Assembly (NCBI GenBank): GCA_023134715.1 | Contig: JAGLUP010000004.1 | Span: forward strand, 1,301 to 65,300 | Reading direction: 5' to 3' | From: Candidatus Parcubacteria bacterium | GTDB taxonomy: Bacteria > Patescibacteriota > Minisyncoccia > Minisyncoccales > JAGLUP01 | DNA length: 64,000 nucleotides | Part shown: piece after piece, positions 1 through 7,261 of the stretch | Layout: every line of letters begins with the position of its first letter | How positions within the stretch are numbered: position 1 is the stretch's first letter | Made by a program: the position numbers and the translations under genes | Notes under the pieces: generated by a model | Database searches by the model: none | What the model saw: the letters and a program-made list of their open reading frames with translations, nothing else | What the model was told of the DNA's origin: nothing

Positions 1-3000
1 TTGAGATGACCAATGTCCAAGCTCTTTAAACAAGGCGCAGTCAATGTTTAAATCTCCGCCCGAACTAACATTTACATCGCTTTGATAGCTTGCGGAATTT
101 GTTTCTTCAATAACAGCGTTTCTGGTTAAGTTGATAATATAAGAGCCAGTGACATGAGTGTTGGAAAGATTCCCGGTTAAAGTAATTGTTGTTCCCGAAA
201 CACTTGAAATAGTCATTTTTTCTGATTCTCCGAAAGAGTTGCCGCCAACTCCGAGAATATCACCGGCAACCCAGCCGGTTGTATCTGAAGTTATTAAATC
301 AGCTTGACTTGAAGTAGCGTTTGAAGCAAGGGTTGTTTTATAATAACTAAGAACAGCCCCATACATATTTAAAGCCCCGCCGCTATTAACAGTTAAATCG
401 CAGGCGTCATCAGCGCTTGAATTAAATTTAAGAGCCGCTGTATAAGAAGACCCGATTCTGGCTCCGGAAGTTCCAATGCTCAAAGTCCCTGTAATAGAAG
501 TTGTACCGTTAGTAGTAAGAGAAGTATCAGTACTGTTAAGAAAAGTAAGCGTGCCGCCAGAGTTTATTGTCAAGCTTGAGGAGGTAGCGTTGCTAACATT
601 TACAGTTACAGTATGAGTGTCTAAAATTGTAACATCATCCGCTGAAGTTGGAACCACTCCGCCGCTCCAAGTTGAGGTTGCGTCCCAGTTCCCAGTTTGA
701 GCTGAAGATATTGCCGCGTCCACGGCAATCTGCCACGAACGAAGCTCCTTAAACACTAAACTGTCACTATGAAATTCAAGAGGTCCCAGCAAATATAAGT
801 AGGGGCTGATGTCTGGCGCGTCAAATTGATATTTTAATTCATACTCTTCCCCCGCTTCCCAATCAACCTGCCATATAATTTCTTTTGTATTTTCGTGTGG
901 TTTCGTGTTCAGTTTCGTGCCTGTTTCGTGTACTACCTCAAAGCTCGCAGGCGCACTTTCTATTACCTGCCCGACGAAATCTTCATTCGCCTTAATTTTT
1001 AATGTTACCTCATAAAACGCCGGGGGATAAATCCTTGTCGGCCCGATTCTCTCAACATCAAAAGCAACCGATTCACGAACCTCAAAAGAGTCAAAAATTT
1101 CACGAACGCCGTTTCGGGTAATCGCTGTTAAATAGAGCTCATATAATCCCAACTCATCCGGGATATCATAATATGCATAGTAATCAGGGGTATTGGTAAT
1201 AGTGCTTGGCCCGCATTCTGAACTTCTCTGAATTGTTTCGTCTTCAGTTGAAAATTCCTTCTCAACTCCTGCCGGACTTTTTACTATCAGAGTCAAATCA
1301 GCGTTGCAAATTGTTTTTCCAATATCATCTAGTACTCCCATTTGAATATAAGCAGAGCTGTCACTGCCTGATAGATATATCGACTTGTTTATATTTATAG
1401 CTAAAACCCCCCATGTAAAATCTTGTTCTGAAATCAATATCGCTTCATCAGTTTCAATCTCAATCTCCATCTTCCATTTGCCCGGATAAAAATCTCTTCC
1501 CGGTTTTGGAATTTTTATTTCAAACCCTTGTTTATTATCAATAAATTTAGTAATCACATGGGCTTCAATTAAAGATTCCTGGCCCATAGGGTTAAAAATT
1601 TTAATTCTGAAATTATTCGGTTCTACTTGAGCCGCAACTTGAGGAACAAAAACAATTTTCTTAATTGCTTTTTTCATCGCCCCTATTATTTCCCCGCCCG
1701 CCTGATTGTCCTCAGGACTTTCGGCGGGTTCCGTGGTTGTGGCTATCTCTTCTGTAGTAGTTGCCACTGCTTCCATGGTCTTAGCTTCCTCGCCCGCCTG
1801 ATTGTCCGCCCCGTAGGGAACCGCAGGTTCTCCTTCGGGGTCTGGACTTTCGGCGGGCTCAATAATAATTATTTCATTCTGCGCAGGAGTATCGGTTTCA
1901 AGAATGCTGTCGTCAGGCAAAGCTGGCTCCCCGCCCGCCTGATTGTCCGCAGGACTTTCGGCGGGCTCGCCATCTTCTCGATTAAAAATTGGTTCTAAAA
2001 CATTTTCAATAACTTCTTCAACTATCCCGTCAATAAATTCTTTTATCGGCTCAATTATTGAAGCTGTTCTTGTTTCTTGATTCTTATAAAACTCGCCTTC
2101 TATAATTTCCGCCTCGTTAACATTAACAAGTTCTTGAAGCTGCTTGACTGTAAATTCTGGTTCTTTAATTACAAAAACCGGCTCTTCATTAGAATGAAAA
2201 CTTTTCTCGCCAAGAGGAGAAATCAATAAATGACTATCTTTAATCCTTATTCTTGGCTTGTCTTTTGTGTCGATTTCATGTTTAGTTTCGTTTTCTTTCG
2301 TGTAGCTCGCCTCCACCCAGACACTGTCAAGATAAGCCGTAATATTTGTTTCGCCTCCCACTGTTCCATCAAACTTAATTTTTAAATTTTTAATGCCTTC
2401 TTCACTTTTTAAAAGAGGAGCTTCGTATTCAAAATAGCCATGATTTAAAGCATTAGACAAGGGAGAAGAAGAAATAATCCCGAGCTTATCCCATGATTCG
2501 CCATCTAAGGAATACCAGATAATAATCTTATCATCAATGTTAGATAAAACCTCCGGATGTTCGTCCTCTATATTTTCTTCAGCTTCAACTATTATTAAAT
2601 CTCCAATCCCCTTAACCGCTTCTTCAAATTTGCTTCCCCAAGTTTTAATTCGGCTTATTGATTTTTTGAAAGAATTCCAAAAGCCCACTGGCTCTTCTAA
2701 TAAAATGTCCTGTTCTTTTTCACCAAGAGCAAAAGAAAATTTAATTTTTGCTGATTGAAAAACTTTATTTTCCTGAGCTTGAACTAAACCTATGGAACCA
2801 AAAATATTTTTTAATTCCCTTTTCGCTTTCTCAAAAAATGAAATCGGCTCATCAGAAATTACTGGCTCAGAAATAATTTCATCAGCTGCTTCTATCTCTT
2901 CTGTCGTTGTTGCCTCTATTGTCTCCTCAATAATAATTATTTCATTCTGCGCAGGAGTATCGGTTTCAAGAATGCTGTCGTCAGGCAAAGCTGGCTCCCC

Positions 3001-4047
3001 GCCCGCCTGAATATCTGCCCCGCCTGCATCGCTATGCGAAGCATTGCGGGCAGGAAGATTTTCGGCGGGTTCCGTGGTTGTGGCTATCTCTTCTGTTGTT
3101 GTAGCTATCTCTTCTGTTTCACTGACCTCCTCTATCGCCACATCCTCTTCTACCTCAGTTAATTCTTCCACAAATTCATCAATGCCAGTATCTGTCTCAA
3201 CATCGTCATCACTCAACTCTTCACTGACAAACTCTCCGCATATTAATGTAAGCGCCCCTGTTTTATAAACAGCTGAATTTGCTTCAGAAAAATTATTAAT
3301 ATCTCCATTGGACAAAACATCAGGCGGCCCTTGCGCATTTTCTGAATTTTGCCAACCACCCGTAAATTGAGTCGGATAAAAATTAATAATCTCTGTCTCC
3401 CCTCCTGTAATGGCCGTGATAACAGAATTTTGTAAAAATTTTATAGGAGCAAAACCAGAAAGTAAAAACAATACTACAAAAGCCGCTAAAGCAAATCTCC
3501 AACCAAATTGAAAAGTTTTTATAGTTTTTATATGTTTAATCCACGGGATTAAACAATTTTTAATTTCTGAAATTTGCTTTTTTAATTTTTTAAACGCAAC
3601 TACTTTAAACGCAACCACAGGAATAGGAACTGACACACGTCGGGTCTGTGTTAATTTTAAGGTTTTTCTATTTTTATATTCCATCACTGCTCTTTTTGTA
3701 GTTTGTAAAGAAACTCCAGAATAAGCTTTTCTTCCTTTGAGCTTTCCCTCGCGAATCAAAAAACCAATATAGTCAGAACTATAACCAGAAATTTTTGCCG
3801 CTTGTTTTAAAGAAAGATATCTTCTCCTCAATAAAGAAGAAGAATCTCGGGTAGCGAGATTTTTTGTTTTTTTACAGCATTTTATTATCTCTTTTGGAGT
3901 AATTTTCCAAGAACTTTTAAGAGAAATTTTTCTCCCTTTTATTTTTTTCTCCCGAATTAAAAAACCAATATGGTCAGAGCTATAACCAGAAATTTTTGCC
4001 GCTTGTTTTAGAGAAATATATTTACTTTTTTCTTTGTTTTCTTTCAT
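1..4047 (-). CDS. Giant membrane-anchored surface protein, C-terminus off-window (>=1349 aa)
   Basis: The minus-strand frame appears open from ATG (4047-4045) to the window edge; I translated it only in part by eye. It is probably missing from the ORF track because no stop lies in the window. The N-terminus has two HTH-like repeats (YISLKQAAKISGYSSDHIGFLIREKKIKGRK / YLSLKQAAKISGYSSDYIGFLIREGKLKGRK), then one hydrophobic helix (FGWRFALAAFVVLFLLSGFAPI), then an acidic T/E/D-rich linker. The distal part (SSAQTGNWDATSTWSGGVVPTSADDVTILDTHTVTVNVSNATSSSLTINSGGTLTF) looks like parallel beta-helix adhesin repeats. Confidence 0.8.
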   Translation of the reverse strand, partial: MKENKEKSKYISLKQAAKISGYSSDHIGFLIREKKIKGRKISLKSSWKITPKEIIKCCKKTKNLATRDSSSLLRRRYLSLKQAAKISGYSSDYIGFLIREGKLKGRKAYSGVSLQTTKRAVMEYKNRKTLKLTQTRRVSVPIPVVAFKVVAFKKLKKQISEIKNCLIPWIKHIKTIKTFQFGWRFALAAFVVLFLLSGFAPIKFLQNSVITAITGGETEIINFYPTQFTGGWQNSENAQGPPDVLSNGDINNFSEANSAVYKTGALTLICGEFVSEELSDDDVETDTGIDEFVEELTEVEEDVAIEEVSETEEIATTTEEIATTTEPAENLPARNASHSDAGGADIQAGGEPALPDDSILETDTPAQNEIIIIEETIEATTTEEIEAADEIISEPVISDEPISFFEKAKRELKNIFGSIGLVQAQENKVFQSAKIKFSFALGEKEQDILLEEPVGFWNSFKKSISRIKTWGSKFEEAVKGIGDLIIVEAEENIEDEHPEVLSNIDDKIIIWYSLDGESWDKLGIISSSPLSNALNHGYFEYEAPLLKSEEGIKNLKIKFDGTVGGETNITAYLDSVWVEASYTKENETKHEIDTKDKPRIRIKDSHLLISPLGEKSFHSNEEPVFVIKEPEFTVKQLQELVNVNEAEIIEGEFYKNQETRTASIIEPIKEFIDGIVEEVIENVLEPIFNREDGEPAESPADNQAGGEPALPDDSILETDTPAQNEIIIIEPAESPDPEGEPAVPYGADNQAGEEAKTMEAVATTTEEIATTTEPAESPEDNQAGGEIIGAMKKAIKKIVFVPQVAAQVEPNNFRIKIFNPMGQESLIEAHVITKFIDNKQGFEIKIPKPGRDFYPGKWKMEIEIETDEAILISEQDFTWGVLAININKSIYLSGSDSSAYIQMGVLDDIGKTICNADLTLIVKSPAGVEKEFSTEDETIQRSSECGPSTITNTPDYYAYYDIPDELGLYELYLTAITRNGVREIFDSFEVRESVAFDVERIGPTRIYPPAFYEVTLKIKANEDFVGQVIESAPASFEVVHETGTKLNTKPHENTKEIIWQVDWEAGEEYELKYQFDAPDISPYLYLLGPLEFHSDSLVFKELRSWQIAVDAAISSAQTGNWDATSTWSGGVVPTSADDVTILDTHTVTVNVSNATSSSLTINSGGTLTFLNSTDTSLTTNGTTSITGTLSIGTSGARIGSSYTAALKFNSSADDACDLTVNSGGALNMYGAVLSYYKTTLASNATSSQADLITSDTTGWVAGDILGVGGNSFGESEKMTISSVSGTTITLTGNLSNTHVTGSYIINLTRNAVIEETNSASYQSDVNVSSGGDLNIDCALFKELGHWSSQ
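1697..1728 (+). repeat. GC-rich palindromic element, copy 1 (inside giant ORF)
   Basis: CCCGCCTGATTGTCCTCAGGACTTTCGGCGGG. It has a 6-bp outer stem, an internal loop, a 4-bp inner stem and a triloop. Confidence 0.85.
1793..1857 (+). repeat. GC-rich palindromic element, copy 2 (expanded, nested hairpin)
   Basis: It has the same CCCGCCTGATTGTCC...GGACTTTCGGCGGG termini, with an inserted CCCCGTAGGGAACCGCAGGTTCTCCTTCGGGG hairpin. Confidence 0.8.
1858..1942. repeat. 85-bp direct repeat inside the giant ORF (partner at 2926..3010)
   Basis: The string CTCAATAATAATTATTTCATTCTGCGCAGGAGTATCGGTTTCAAGAATGCTGTCGTCAGGCAAAGCTGGCTCCCCGCCCGCCTGA is identical at both sites. A second ~37-bp repeat lies at 1719-1755 / 3059-3095. 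Confidence 0.9.
1934..1965 (+). repeat. GC-rich palindromic element, copy 3
   Basis: CCCGCCTGATTGTCCGCAGGACTTTCGGCGGG. Confidence 0.85.
3002..3069 (+). repeat. GC-rich palindromic element, copy 4 (divergent, expanded)
   Basis: CCCGCCTGAATATC...GATTTTCGGCGGG with a nested GC hairpin (CCCCGCCTGCATCGCTATGCGAAGCATTGCGGGCAGG). Confidence 0.7.
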
Positions 4048-4157
4048 GCCACATATTTATCTTAAATCTCGAAGTTCGAGATTATCGAGTGCCGAGATTA
4101 TTCTATTTTACCTTGTTTTATAAATCAGTGTCAACTCAATAACTGTGGATAACCTTG

Positions 4158-4212
4158 CCCCGTGAAATCCCTGACATGTCGGGGAAAATCTTTACGATTT
4201 TATTTCACGGGG
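4158..4212. repeat. Three-hairpin GTGAAAT element, copy 1
   Basis: The outer stem is CCCCGTGAAAT/ATTTCACGGGG. It encloses two hairpins, CCCTGACATGTCGGGG and AAAATCTTTACGATTTT. Confidence 0.75.
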
Positions 4213-4320
4213 TCCATCTTAACACAACGATAAAAATGTTAAATAAATAAATATGGCCTAAAAATTACATTGATTGCAAAAAAATCTTCAAAAACGTATA
4301 ATGTATTGTAAAAATAAGCT

Positions 4321-4394
4321 ATATCGGATACATAAAATGCCTTAAATAATATCGGATAAATTAAAATTTAAATATAATACGATTTATCCGATAT
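4321..4394. promoter_or_regulatory. Three copies of the 10-mer ATATCGGATA (candidate operator sites)
   Basis: ATATCGGATA occurs at 4321-4330 and 4349-4358 (direct). The inverted TATCCGATAT occurs at 4385-4394. All lie upstream of the giant gene, whose product begins with HTH-like repeats. Confidence 0.35.
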
Positions 4395-4404
4395 AATAAA
4401 AACT

Positions 4405-4431
4405 AAAAAGAGCTGCTGAGCAGCTCTTTTT
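4405..4431. terminator. Bidirectional intrinsic terminator hairpin
   Basis: AAAAAGAGCTGC-TGA-GCAGCTCTTTTT lies just downstream of the DUF167 gene stop. Confidence 0.7.
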
Positions 4432-4473
4432 ATTATTGTAAAACTATGCGCCCATTCTGATAAGGGTGTATTT

Positions 4474-4686
4474 TTATTTTACTTCAAAAACTTTGTTTCT
4501 TTCTCTAAACCCTTTAATCAATCTAACGCTCTGATTGGGAAAATGTTCTGCTAAAACTTTAATCACCGCTCTGTTCGCTTCCCCTCTTATGGGCGCCTCT
4601 TTTACTTTTATCTCAAAACTGTCCTGAGATTTTTTAATTATCTCTTGCTTTATTGAATCAGGAAAAACTTTTACTTTTATTAACAT
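4474..4686 (-). CDS. DUF167 / YggU-family protein
   Basis: This 70-aa protein carries ...EAPIRGEANRAVIKVLAEHF...VRLIKGFRERNKVFEV, which fits the YggU pattern (G-x-AN ... G-x-x-x-R-x-K). Confidence 0.75.
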   Translation of the reverse strand: MLIKVKVFPDSIKQEIIKKSQDSFEIKVKEAPIRGEANRAVIKVLAEHFPNQSVRLIKGFRERNKVFEVK

Positions 4687-4774
4687 TAATTAATTTTAAC
4701 ATAAAAATAAAATCCCTCAAAATAATTTTATTTGCTTCGCCACTAATTATTTGATATGATGAAGTTGCAGTCCC

Positions 4775-4853
4775 GGAGCGGGGCGGTAAGTTAATTGGCA
4801 AACTCCAGGACCTGTCACTCTTGGAAATGCGGGTTCGAATCCCGTCCGCTCCA
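4775..4853 (+). tRNA. tRNA-Asp(GTC)-like gene, aberrant (possible pseudo-tRNA)
   Basis: The T arm GCGGG-TTCGAAT-CCCGT, acceptor 3' CCGCTCC, D arm AGTT-AATTGGCA-AACT and loop CTGTCAC (anticodon GTC) resemble bacterial tRNA-Asp. However, the 5' acceptor is duplicated (GGAGCGG then GGCGG). The anticodon stem pairs only if the loop is 8 nt (CAGGA-CCTGTCAC-TCTTG). Confidence 0.45.
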
Positions 4854-5092
4854 ATGGGGCTGTTTTTTTAGTTTTCCCCACATTAGGACTTGACAAAATA
4901 TCTGACTCTGTTACACTAAAAGTAAAAGAGTGACAGGTCAAGTTTGCCAAACGGCTTACTGTAACGAAAGGGTCCTCCTCATTTTGAGAGGTCTCTTTTA
5001 TTTTATTCAAATTTGTATTATAATAATCTTGTAATGCTGCCATATTATTGGTGGCTTTTTGATTCAACAAGATTGCTGAAACATTGACAATC

Positions 5093-5227
5093 TCAAATCC
5101 TAACCACTGCCCTATTTGCCTCCCCTCTTATGGGCGCCTCTTTTACTTTTATTTCAAAACTATCCTGAGATTTTTTAATTATCTCTTGCTTTATTGAATC
5201 AGGAAAAACTTTTACTTTTATTAACAT
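5093..5227 (-). pseudogene. Truncated 5' copy of the DUF167 gene
   Basis: MLIKVKVFPDSIKQEIIKKSQDSFEIKVKEAPIRGEANRAVVRI* is near-identical in DNA to 4556-4686. The similarity continues about 35 bp into the upstream region, so the repeat pair is roughly 4556-4721 vs 5097-5261. Confidence 0.75.
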
Positions 5228-5311
5228 TGATTAATTTTAGCATATAAACAAAATCCCTTAAAGAGTTAAGGGATTTTGTTTATTTCTTAATCTTTCTTTA
5301 TTCTAAAACTT

Positions 5312-6898
5312 CTAAAAAGAAATTTCAAGGGCAGTGGCTACACTAGCTAAAAATTGTTTGATTGTTTCAAAAAATGTTTGCGGTTCCTCAAAAAAAGGAG
5401 CTGCTTCTTCTGACTGTGGTTCTTGCATAGGCGCAAATTCTTTTTGAGGCATCATCATACCTTGTTCTGGAGGTGTCATTTCTATATATCCTTCTGGAGG
5501 TGTCATTTCTATATATCCTTCTGGAGGTGTCATTTCTATATATCCTTCTGGAGGCGTCATCATTTGTTTCATTTTCTCTGCGTCTTCCGAACTCATCATG
5601 CCTTCTTTGACAGAAAAATTAAAACATTCTTCCATATGTTCAGGATTATCGCAATACGCTTTGCATTCTTCCGGCGTCTGACAACCGCCCGGACCGCCTG
5701 GACCCTCTGGTCCAATTTTTTTAACCATTTCAACTTCTTCCGGCTTTACTAATCCCATTTTCTGACCAAATTCCATACATTCCTGCATATGTTCCGGGTC
5801 TTGACAATAAGCATCACATTCTTCCGGCGTCTGACAACCGCCCGGACCGCCCGGACCGCCAGGCCCAAATTGTTCTCCTATTTTTTTTGTCTCTTCTGCT
5901 TCTTCAGAACTCATAAACCCGGCTTTAACAGCAAATTCCATACATTCCTGCATATTATCAGGATTATTACAATATGCTTCGCATTCCTCTTTTCCCTGAC
6001 ATCCGCCAGGACCGCCAAAAATTCCTGCTTTCGCCATCTTCCTTACTTGTTCTGCTTCTTCAGAGCTCATAAACCCGGCCGCCTCGCCAAAATTAACACA
6101 CTCTTCCATATGCTCTGGCTGGGAACAATAGATGTCGCATTCTTGTTTGTTTCCACACATCGGCGGTTTAATGCCTTTTTCCAATGCCTGAAGCATCATT
6201 CTTGCCTCTTTTTCTTCCTCTGCCGGCATAAGTCCATACTTAAGACCAAACTCTATACACTCTTTCATATGGTCTGGGTTATTACAATAAGCATCGCATT
6301 CCTCTTTTCCCTGACATCCGCCTGGTCCTTTCCCTCCGGTCTTACGAATCATTCCTGCTTCTTCAGAGCTCATAAACCCGGCCGCCTCGCCAAAAGTAAT
6401 ACATTCTTCAAGATGTTCTATCTGAGAGCAATAAATATCACACTCTTGTTTTCCGCGGCAAGGAGGTGGTTTTACTCCTTTTTTAATCGCTATTAGAGCT
6501 TGTTCTGCTTGGGCAAGTTCTTCCGGGGGAATCAAGTTATGCTCTTTGCCAAAAATAATACACTCTTCCATATGCTCCGGCTCATCACAATATATCTCGC
6601 ACTCTTCCTGACCTTGACAGCCGCCTGGGCCAGCCATTGTCTCGAGCATCTCGAGCATTTTCCTGTCTTTTTCTATTTCTTCCTGAGAAAGTAAATTATG
6701 GGCTTCAGCAAAATCAAGACAGGCCTTAGTATTTTCTTCTAAATCGCAATATGCCTCACATTCCTCCATACTGACGCAATTTCCTAATTCAGGAATAGGA
6801 AAATTAACATCAGATAGCAAATCCTCCTCAGCAAACGCAAAACCGCAAAAACCTAAAAAAATAAAAGTAAAAATAAAAACAAAATAAACCTTTTTCAT
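5312..6898 (-). CDS. Secreted cysteine-rich repeat protein (8 x four-Cys module; C-terminal TPPEGYIEM x4)
   Basis: A signal peptide (MKKVYFVFIFTFIFLGFCGFAFA) is followed by eight repeats of about 45-55 aa, of the form (GPGG)C-x4-5-C-x3-C-x8-9-C, e.g. GPGGCQGKEECDAYCNNPDHMKECIEFG. A proline/glutamate-rich tail follows. Confidence 0.85.
   Translation of the reverse strand: MKKVYFVFIFTFIFLGFCGFAFAEEDLLSDVNFPIPELGNCVSMEECEAYCDLEENTKACLDFAEAHNLLSQEEIEKDRKMLEMLETMAGPGGCQGQEECEIYCDEPEHMEECIIFGKEHNLIPPEELAQAEQALIAIKKGVKPPPCRGKQECDIYCSQIEHLEECITFGEAAGFMSSEEAGMIRKTGGKGPGGCQGKEECDAYCNNPDHMKECIEFGLKYGLMPAEEEKEARMMLQALEKGIKPPMCGNKQECDIYCSQPEHMEECVNFGEAAGFMSSEEAEQVRKMAKAGIFGGPGGCQGKEECEAYCNNPDNMQECMEFAVKAGFMSSEEAEETKKIGEQFGPGGPGGPGGCQTPEECDAYCQDPEHMQECMEFGQKMGLVKPEEVEMVKKIGPEGPGGPGGCQTPEECKAYCDNPEHMEECFNFSVKEGMMSSEDAEKMKQMMTPPEGYIEMTPPEGYIEMTPPEGYIEMTPPEQGMMMPQKEFAPMQEPQSEEAAPFFEEPQTFFETIKQFLASVATALEISF
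5467..5560. repeat. 27-bp tandem repeat x3.5 (coding)
   Basis: CTGGAGGTGTCATTTCTATATATCCTT is repeated. It encodes the (M)TPPEGYIE repeats of the Cys-rich protein. Confidence 0.9.
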
Positions 6899-6907
6899 AT
6901 AGCTTTT

Positions 6908-7207
6908 TTATTTAAACGGATTCTTGTATCCTCCTTCAAACGGATTGGTCTTAACTCCTTCCAGCGGATTAGCAGAAGGAAGGTTCTCTACTGGATTGAC
7001 TTCAGCTCCAGCCGTGGTTTTGGAAATCATCTCTTGTTGTTCCGCCTCCACTGCTTTTTTGCCATCATCATATCCTTTGGTATAACCGCTATTATGACCA
7101 GTTTTATAGCCCTCCGTCTGACCGAAATAATAAGCGCCTGCTCCCGTAACTAAAGCAACTGTCATAGCAATGATAATTATTTTTAAATTTTCCATATCTT
7201 TTTTCAT
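6908..7207 (-). CDS. Small membrane-anchored hypothetical protein
   Basis: This 99-aa protein has an N-terminal hydrophobic helix (IIIIAMTVALVTGAGAYYF) and is tightly packed between two secreted-protein genes. Confidence 0.55.
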   Translation of the reverse strand: MKKDMENLKIIIIAMTVALVTGAGAYYFGQTEGYKTGHNSGYTKGYDDGKKAVEAEQQEMISKTTAGAEVNPVENLPSANPLEGVKTNPFEGGYKNPFK

Positions 7208-7261
7208 TATTCAATTATACAATAGAAATTAATTCTTTTCTACGCTCCTGGGTGTGCATAA

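Noticed and set aside
4747-5070. A 107-aa minus-strand ORF.
   Set aside because: It runs antisense through the tRNA-like sequence (RTGFEPAFPRVTG is the typical tRNA read-through artefact) and through non-coding spacer.
5467-5560. Regular 27-bp tandem repeats, considered as a possible CRISPR-like array.
   Set aside because: The units are contiguous with no spacers, lie in frame inside a CDS and encode TPPEGYIEM. There are no cas genes anywhere in the window.
5423-6694. Three long + strand ORFs (109, 235 and 64 aa) with repetitive sequences.
   Set aside because: They are antisense to the cysteine-rich repeat gene, and their periodicity mirrors its repeats. The minus-strand protein has a signal peptide and coherent modules, whereas these ORFs are low-complexity F/R/H-rich.
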